Shown in pieces: positions 37,680 to 45,671 of a stretch of DNA of 45,671 bases. Each line of letters starts with the position of its first letter. Positions within the stretch are counted from its first letter, which is position 1. The stretch lies in assembly GCA_023231475.1 (NCBI GenBank), contig JALJEE010001512.1, positions 1 through 45,671 on the forward strand, given 5' to 3'. This stretch comes from Seison nebaliae. Taxonomy: Eukaryota. The notes under the pieces were generated by a model, which was given only the letters and a program-made list of their open reading frames with translations, was not told the DNA's origin and did no database searches. Both the position numbers and the translations under genes were made by a program.

Positions 37680-40600
37680 ATGGATCGACAGAAACAACAA
37701 CAACAACACATACGACCAACATCTTCAGTTATTTCTAATTCCCGATCATATAACGACACCACCACCACTAGCACCACCAATAACAAGAACAACAATATGT
37801 TATCAAAATCAAAATATCCATTTCCACCACCATTAACCTCGGATCATCCATCATCGAGAAATTATGAAAAATCGAAAAGTTCCTATCAATCCCAACAACA
37901 ACAACAACAACATTCGAGAACATTATCAGAGAATGTAGGAAATGTAACATCATATCTTTATACGGCTGGATATTCGGCACAACCGAAAAAAAGTGTTTAT
38001 GATGAATTTACACTTGTCATTCCTGAGAAGAATTCTAATCGATGGCACATGTTCAAAAGTCATAAAGAGGAATCGATAACAAATGAGATGTCGAAAAGGA
38101 TTCTACATGAACCACCTGCTGAATTCGGTTGTTTCTTATCTAAAATGAGAAATCGCCCATTAAAAGGATGGCATCGTCGATATTTCTTATTATCTAATGG
38201 TCATCTAACTTATTCGAAGCGACAGAATGACGTTAAAACGAAAACACATGGACATATCGACGTTGTGTCTAGTTGTATTACCTTCCGAGTGAAGAACTTT
38301 CGAATTCGAATCGACGAAGATCGAGTCGTTTATCAATTGAGAACGAAAAATCGAGAAATTTTTAATAATCTTCTCAAAAGTATTAATCATCATCGAACAT
38401 ATGGCCAAGTTCGACAATCATGTATCACAATTCCTTCATCACATTCAGTTCTCATTCTTTTTCTAATTTAATTATATTTTAAATTAATTTTAAATTAATT
38501 TTACATTTATAGAAAGATCATTCTCATTCCATTGACAACGATACATCGATAAATGATATTCGTATTAATTTCAATGATCATTCTCATCATTCTCCCAATC
38601 ACCATCAACAACAACAACAACATACACCGACTACTCTTCAAGAATCAACTCTCGACGATACGTTAATAGAGAATGGAGATGATTCCACCATTATTCATAA
38701 TGTAAATAGTGAACTCTCTGATTTCGGTGAGATTTACAACGGCGAATTGAAAACATTATATCATAAAATTCTCGATATTCTCAACACTGACGACAATTCT
38801 CAAAAAGTTAAGATTTCTCCTTTTGCCAAATAGATGAAGATTCTTCTTGTCATTCTCCGCTCCTCTCATCACTGTCTAGATGGAAAAGGAGAAAAAGTTT
38901 AATAAACAAAAGTACATGAACTTACGAAGTAAAACACTTCATGCTTCTCTCACTAAATTGAATTCAACTTCGATCTTTTCTCGTCATAAGCAAAATAATC
39001 AATCGGCACATAATGTAAATATTTTTCTTTTTGAGAAATTCACTTTCCGAATGTTCAAATAATGCATTAATCTCGTCTTCGTCTAACTCACTCTCTACAC
39101 TCAATTCCACATTCACTTTTTCGCGAATATTTTCAAAAATTTCAAAAAAAAAAAATTTTTCTAATTTCACAATTTTCATAACAAAACTAATAATTTTTGT
39201 GAATTTGATTACTCTTATCGTCTCACCATTCCGTCCAATTTTCTTTTTTAAAATGATGATGATGATCATCATCCATCATGCATCTACTCAACTACTTCCT
39301 GTCATTGTCTTCTCATGGTTTTATTTTTTCATGGAAAGATGTAATGGAAATATAATTCCTTCATTTTCCGTTTGTCATAACATACTAATTTATTATATTT
39401 CTCTCTCAAACATCATTCTAAATTATTCTCTCTTCATTTTGTTAATAGGTCGATTTTAAAAAATCACCATCAAACGGTGGAAAAAACGGAAAAATACGTC
39501 GACCATTTCCTCATCGGAATGACGGTGAGGAAGTGCGATTAGATATGTTATTACCATCATTGAACCACATCTCAACTTCGAACACTTCCGTCCACTCCAT
39601 AACTACAACAACAACTGCCGTCGCTTCAACTACACCATCAATGGAGAATTATGAAGGAAAAGTAGATAATACAATTTCACCCTCCATTCCATCATCGTCA
39701 GGTTCTAGATATTTCTTATGGTCCAAACGCAAATATAAAGACAGGAATAATGATAATAATTTCGAACCTGTTGTCACTTCAACGACCAATTCTGATTGTC
39801 GTCAACAATATCCTGAAACTCTTTCTCCTTCTTCCAACAACAATATCGTTATCGATCAGAATATTTTAATTGAAGTGTTGAATGTCATTCGAAATGTTGA
39901 TCATTTATGGCGACGATTCTCAACCGATTATGCTCGATCTCTTGTTTTATCTGATGACGTTCCTAATGATAAACAAATCAATCACGACGACTCATTCATC
40001 GGACGACGACGACAATTGAATCAATCTTTGAAAGTTTCATTAAGACGAGTTTCTCTTTTTCTTTTTCATTTTGTGAAATTTATCAATAAATTTTTTCAGA
40101 ACCAAAATCCCCATAATTTAAATTATTATCATAATCATCAAAACAATTTTTCATTTGACAGTTCCCTTTTCTTTAAATTTCTTCTTTCTTCATTTTTCTT
40201 TCTTTTTCAAACAGAACAAAGTACTTCCTCTCTCTATTTCGATGCTCTTGATGATTTGAAAACGTCGAATTATGAAGACCTCTCTACATATGGAACTAAT
40301 ATTGGATGTATATCAGATGTCAGTGATTCCGAATCAGATTCTTCCGACGAAATTAATGGAGAAGTTTTGAATTTTTTCAAATTTTTTAACTTTTTCAAAT
40401 TTTTTAATTTTATTTCCATTTTCTTCTCTCAGTCATCTGATAGTGAGTCAGATATCGATTTGAAACGATCTGATAATCTTTCATCGAAAACTTTAAATTC
40501 TCGTAATTCGGATAAAACGATTGAATTATCATCAAAAGATCGAATTGGTTCATCTCAAACGATTATTCCATCATCATCATCATCATCATCGACAACTAAT

Positions 40601-42140
40601 ACGGGAAATGTGGTAACTAAACGAATCTCCAATAGAAGAAAGACACAAGATTCCATTTATTCAACGAATGTAGTGGCACCGAAACTTTCCGAATTAACTG
40701 GTCGACGTTCAGCCTTACCAGCACCAGCACCAAATCCGAATAATATTAGTTTATGGAATATATTGAAACGAGCAGTGGGAAAAGATTTGAGTAAAATATC
40801 TTTACCTGTCATTTTGAATGAACCTCTCTCAATACTCGAACGATTATGTGAAGATATCGAATATAGTGAATTGATCGATATCGCTTATTCTTCCAAAGAT
40901 CCAATTCATCGTCTTATGTATGTCGCTGCGTTTGCCGTATCATCTTATGCTTCATCTTATTACCGTTCTGGTTACAAGAATTTCAATCCAGTTCTCGGAG
41001 AGACTTACGAGAATGTGAGAGATGATCGAGGATGGAAATTTGTCGCCGAACAAGTTTCACATCATCCTCCAATTTCAGCTTCATATTGTGAAGGAAAGAA
41101 CTTCACTTTCGTTCAAGGTTCATTTCCATCAAATTATTTCGCTCATGGAAATTCATTAAATTTCTAGAATTTAAAGCAAAAGTGAAATTTTGGGGGAAAT
41201 CGATCGAAATGATTCCCAGTTGTTATTTCCGACTCGATTTTCCAAAGTTTCCCACTTTCTTTCAAACGTCATTCACTTTTCACGAAATTCTATTAGATTA
41301 AATGAAGTTTATGAATGGAATAAAGTGTCGATGTGTATCCATAACGTCATGGCACCAACTAGTCGATGGATCGATCATTATGGGGATCTGCTTGTCACGA
41401 AGAAAGGAAGCAATGCAAAATGTACAATCACATTTCCTAAAGTTATTTTTCCATCACTTTTTCAATATTTTTTTTTAAAATTTATTTTTCAAATTTATCC
41501 CGACGGAAATTTTTCTAATAAATTATAATAATATTTTCAACCATTTTTCCAATTTTCATAGGCACAATCTCAATCGTATTTAAGTGGATGGTTTGGAACT
41601 GAAAATGCTGAGAATACAGAAGATAACAGATGTTCTGTTTTTGGAAATGTTTATGATGAACATAAGAAACTCGTTTACAAACTATTCGGATCTTGGCACG
41701 AACAATTACATTGGTCGAAAGTTGGCGACGATCAATCAGCGTCGACGAATTGTCACTTATTGTGGCGCATGGGAACGATGCCAGCAGATGCACAAATCTA
41801 TTATGGGTTCTCTCGTTTTGCCATCGAACTAAACGAACTACCAGTGAATGAAGAAGAAAAAAAGAAATTACCGTCAACTGATAGTCGATTCCGTCAGGAT
41901 CTCCGTCTACTCGAATTTGGCGACGTGGAAAGAGCAGGTGAAGCGAAGAATTTGATAGAAATCGCTCAACGCGAACGACGAGAAGAAAAACGTTCAACCG
42001 AACCAATGTGGTTCAATCAATCGAATGGAAGATGGAAATATACCGGTGATTATTGGAGTGAGAGAGAGAAAGGATTTAGGAATAAATCGATTCCTGAATT
42101 ATTTCCGAATGTTGATGATGAGAATGGAGAATTATACTGA
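37680..42140 (+). CDS. Oxysterol-binding protein-related protein, ORP3/6/7 subfamily (PH + FFAT + ORD), ~1146 aa
   Basis: Exons 37680-38408, 38513-38806, 38880-39014, 39449-40033, 40100-40160, 40215-40363, 40433-41117, 41168-41246, 41297-41441 and 41562-42140. PH with RPLKGWHRRYFLL (the ORP3/6/7-type PLKGWH), FFAT-like SLYFDALD, and ORD motifs GKDLSKISLPV, FNPVLGETYE, EQVSHHPP and PSTDSRFRQD. Confidence 0.93.
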
Positions 42141-42451
42141 TCATCATCATTCTTTTCGATATTTCATTTTTTGATTTTTTTCTTCTCAATCTATCTGAGT
42201 TTATTTCATTTAATATAGTCCATATTATTCTTATTACTCTTTTTCGGAAAATAAAGAAGAAATTTATTTATTAGAATTTATTTATTTCCTTATAAATTAT
42301 ATTATAATATTATATTAATCATAAAGTTCAAACGAAGAAATTTTCATGAATTTTAATAAATAGAAGATATTTAATAACGATAAAATTTAATAAATAAAAG
42401 AAAGAAATGAAATTAATATAAAAAATGTGATGAAAGTTGAACGATTAGAAA

Positions 42452-43084
42452 TTACATTTGAATCGAAGGAAGATTAGCCAAATATTTTGAGTTGAGGAAA
42501 ATTTTCTCATTATTCTTCCGTCGAAGAACTATCACATTATCATTCAATCGTCGACGTAAAATTAATAATTCTCCCACTTTCAATTCCGTTCCATTCTTCA
42601 AACAATGACATCGATACATTACTCGCATGATCTTCGATCGCTCTCTTCCTTCAATCTTGTTCCTTCTTTGTCTTTTCACCGAATGATTTTTCCGACGACT
42701 AATTCGTCGTTTCGAACGTTCTTTAATAATGATCTTATTCTCATAAATATTCTCATGATTATTCTTCTTTTTCGGTTTCATTTTATTTTCAAAAATATTC
42801 GCATTCTGACAAGTCGAATGAAGAATCGGGTTAAATTCACCATTAAATTCGATTGAAAAATTATTTTGTTCCTTTTCAAAATTCGATTTCATTGACAGAT
42901 CATCTTCTTCGTTCATCGAACAATTCCCGCTGTCCGTATTTGAAGAGAAATAATTGGCACATTGAACGTTGTTAGTTGAATGATAAATCTGTTGAACTTC
43001 TCTTGTGGAGGAGGAGCGAATTGAATGAATAACTTTCTTTGCACGATTCATAAGAATAAGAAATTTATTATCAGAAAATTTCAT
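42452..43084 (-). CDS. Intronless 210-aa protein with a basic region and a divergent C-terminal SH3-like fold
   Basis: Long ORF in AT-rich context with an upstream TATATAAA (~43170-43177). MRVMY..ELKVGELLIL..NDNVIV..EKIFLNSKYL follows SH3 spacing but lacks the WW and P residues. Confidence 0.6.
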   Translation of the reverse strand: MKFSDNKFLILMNRAKKVIHSIRSSSTREVQQIYHSTNNVQCANYFSSNTDSGNCSMNEEDDLSMKSNFEKEQNNFSIEFNGEFNPILHSTCQNANIFENKMKPKKKNNHENIYENKIIIKERSKRRISRRKNHSVKRQRRNKIEGRERSKIMRVMYRCHCLKNGTELKVGELLILRRRLNDNVIVLRRKNNEKIFLNSKYLANLPSIQM

Positions 43085-44175
43085 TTTCGTTATTATGTTC
43101 CTTTCAAATATATGAATCGGAGTAATATTTAATTAAAAGTGAAGTTTGGATAGTGTGATTCGATCGATATTTATATAGGAGATATATTTGGCACTTGATC
43201 TCAATCGAGGGAGAACTGATCAATTTTATCAGATGACTCAATTCAATTCTCTGATTTTCTCTTGTATTGGATAAAATTAATTAGATTTGTCTCCTGATTC
43301 TATTCACTCAAAACGAATTGCATAAGAGAAATAAAATTGCATCTGTTCACTTCCAATTGAAAATTATTAATGCTTCTCATATGGAACGATGAATTGGATT
43401 TTATAGATTTCTCTTCACTAATTTCTTGATCGAACATCTGCTCCATCTGTGACCTTCTTCCGAAGATTAGCGGCGTCACCCGTTCACCAAATGAAAGAAT
43501 GTATCGATATTGTTTCTATTATCGACCGCCTCTCAAATATTGGGGAACTATCTTCCTAAATACAATCAATCAGTTAACTTGATTTGGTATTTCCACAAAT
43601 TGTTTATCACAAATCTCTTGTGAAAGATGGAAAACTTAAAAAGTTATCTTTAAAGTTGAATTAATCCAATAAACATATTCGAAGGATAATAGATGAAGAA
43701 TGAAAGAGAATCTTAAAAATTCTATCGGAAAAAATTAGAATTTTACACTTTTTACAATTTCCGAAGAGGAATCTCTGAAAAAAAATAATAAATGAAAATT
43801 TTTGAGAATTTTGATTATCAGTTTTCTTCTTTTCCTTTAATGTTTTCATTCGAACGATAAGTTACATGTGAGAAAAAATAGTATACGAGAAAAAGGAAAA
43901 TTTATGAAAATTGTTAAATAGAAAGGAGAAATATTTGAATGATTTATGATTAATTTTGACTAGTTAACAATCTTAATTATGAAGCACGCGTTTGATGATT
44001 TAGACAATTATTTAATTAGGTAATTTGGAAGAAAATAATGTGATAATTAGTGATTGGAGGATGATTGAGAGTGGAAATTGATTGAATTGCAATTGAGATG
44101 AAAGAAAAAAAATAATAAATTGTAATAATTTGAAATTAAAGCGAACAATTTTTTACGTTTTTTGACTGTTAAAGA

Positions 44176-44218
44176 TTTTCCAATCGTTTTCCATTCGTTT
44201 TCCATTCGTTTTCCATTC
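44176..44218. repeat. Four tandem copies of the 11-bp unit TTTTCCATTCG just upstream of the 44239 ATG
   Basis: ttttccaatcg ttttccattcg ttttccattcg ttttccattc seen directly. Confidence 0.9.
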
Positions 44219-44238
44219 TTAAACGTTTCATTCAAGAG

Positions 44239-45084
44239 ATGATTTATGACAATTGTCTTTTCCGTTTATGGGATTGGCAGGTGTTATGTGAAATGGATAA
44301 TTTACTTATCTCCTCAACTATTCAGTACGAGAAGAGAAAAAATGTGGAAACATTTCTTAGAGATATCGAGAAGGAATTGACTCGAACGAATAAAATGACG
44401 AAAATTCATTACACGATTTCTTCTATTCTGAATCGTGTGTTGGACGAGATTAAACGAGAAAATGTTTGTCGTCATTGTCGTGAGTTATTGGAAGATTTCT
44501 TGGAAACTGATGAAAATGAGAGAAAATTATCATTCAACGGTTTTATGAAAAAACTTCTAATGCGACATGAAACTTCTCTATTTCATTATAATTTATCTAC
44601 AATGGAAATGGTGAAGACTTTACTACATGTCTACAAACATCAGAAGAAAGTGAAAGACATAGCGGAGTATGTCCTAAGGAAAACGGCGAGATATCGTCAA
44701 CAGATGGAAAATCGTTCTACTCTCGAACACGAACAAGGCGAATTAGTTTACTCTTGTCTGGCTCCACATAATTTGAAATGTTTTCTATTCGAATTAGAAC
44801 AATTATATTATATACATCACAAACAATTAGATATTGATCTACCGCGCCGTGACACTAAATTCTCTCAAATTATTCATTGGATCACTTCTGATGAATTGGT
44901 AGCAAATTTAGTTAGGAATGAATTGGAGATGGTGAATAATGAAGAGGAGATTAAAGAATTATATGAACTCTTCCTCAATTTCTTCTCCAATGACTCCTTT
45001 CTAATAACAGGTGATAAAGAGACATTAAAATTATATAAGGAATTTTTTGATTTTTATAAATTTGATAAATTGAAATTATGTTAA
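44239..45084 (+). CDS. Intronless 281-aa hypothetical alpha-helical protein with a CxxC (CRHC) motif
   Basis: 846-nt ATG..TAA ORF with globular composition, followed by AATAAA. No family recognised. Confidence 0.75.
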   Translation: MIYDNCLFRLWDWQVLCEMDNLLISSTIQYEKRKNVETFLRDIEKELTRTNKMTKIHYTISSILNRVLDEIKRENVCRHCRELLEDFLETDENERKLSFNGFMKKLLMRHETSLFHYNLSTMEMVKTLLHVYKHQKKVKDIAEYVLRKTARYRQQMENRSTLEHEQGELVYSCLAPHNLKCFLFELEQLYYIHHKQLDIDLPRRDTKFSQIIHWITSDELVANLVRNELEMVNNEEEIKELYELFLNFFSNDSFLITGDKETLKLYKEFFDFYKFDKLKLC

Positions 45085-45138
45085 TAAAATTTTTTATTTA
45101 ATGAAATAAAACTATAACTAAACGATAAAAGAAAATTA

Positions 45139-45671
45139 TTAATAAATCGAATTCATTTGATAATTGGATCCATCCGAACGGATATTCTGATAACGAGGAA
45201 AAATTTGACGAAATGGACTTGATACGATTTCTTGTCTATCCATTGGAAGTGGATTGGTATACATATTTGATGATTGATGATTTTGATAATTTGAGTAAGA
45301 ATTCTGAATATTTCGATTTGCTAATGTCCCATACGGGTTATTCATAGACCTTAATGAATCCATTCGATGATGATATGACGGTTGAGAGTTTGTGTTATAA
45401 TTTAACGTCGTTTGATGATGATATGAATTTGATGGTAAGGAATATGAGTTCGATGATATGTCACGCGACAATTGTCCTCCATAATTATTTTGTCGATTAT
45501 CCTGTGAAGATTGTCTTCCATATTGTGCAACAGATGGATATTGTGGAGCTTGAGAAAGTGGTTGTGCATAACTTGTTGCTTGACCAACTGGTGTTTGCAT
45601 CGATTGTGATTGATAACCAGTTCTGGAAATTTGTTGAGGATATGTTGGACGATCCATTGGTTCTTGTGGTT
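45139..45671 (-). CDS. 3' part of a gene entering from beyond the window; Q/S/Y/N-rich low-complexity C-terminus
   Basis: The frame is open to the window edge (..PQEPMDRPTYPQ..) and ends QMNSIY-TAA. Codon style matches the other CDSs. Confidence 0.75.
   Translation of the reverse strand, partial: PQEPMDRPTYPQQISRTGYQSQSMQTPVGQATSYAQPLSQAPQYPSVAQYGRQSSQDNRQNNYGGQLSRDISSNSYSLPSNSYHHQTTLNYNTNSQPSYHHRMDSLRSMNNPYGTLANRNIQNSYSNYQNHQSSNMYTNPLPMDRQEIVSSPFRQIFPRYQNIRSDGSNYQMNSIY

Noticed and set aside
39031..39459. 142-aa hydrophobic ORF suggesting a membrane protein
   Set aside because: It lies in the T-rich ORP intron 39015-39448, has a TTG start, and its Phe/Ile bias reflects base composition.
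1..45671. Alternative genetic code, frameshifting or pseudogenisation as the cause of the fragmented ORFs
   Set aside because: Breaks in the conserved genes are cleanly explained by short GT..AG introns, and TAA, TAG and TGA all serve as stops.
1..45671. tRNA, rRNA, snRNA/SL RNA or transposase/reverse transcriptase genes
   Set aside because: No recognisable cloverleaf, rRNA, U1/U6 motif or TE protein motif by eye; divergent ncRNAs cannot be excluded without a covariance-model search.

Overview
AT-rich (roughly 30% GC by eye), CpG-undepleted, compact animal genomic DNA using the standard code. It is not prokaryotic: there is no CRISPR array, operon or rRNA/tRNA. The overall style suggests a compact-genome spiralian such as a rotifer/syndermatan, but this is a guess. 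I rebuilt spliced gene models by hand. Recognisable genes: TRAP-delta (SSR4), OSTC/DC2, a PTB-domain protein, a C6orf136/DUF2358 protein, MRPL47, Pin1, an RRM-less NOL8-like protein and an ORP3/6/7-type oxysterol-binding protein. Orphans: a ~1438-aa single-TM disordered protein, a secreted multi-exon protein, an SH3-like protein, a helical 281-aa protein and a partial gene at the right edge. There are also two secreted peptide precursors: a PRW-amide neuropeptide resembling ETH/PRXamides, and a 28-aa uncharged Trp/Tyr/Gly-rich peptide. The most striking signal is the splice code: 32 of 33 reconstructed introns start GTT rather than GT(A/G)AGT, +5G is mostly absent, AAG acceptors are frequent, and several tiny introns are stop-free multiples of 3. 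This points to a divergent 5' splice-site recognition system.
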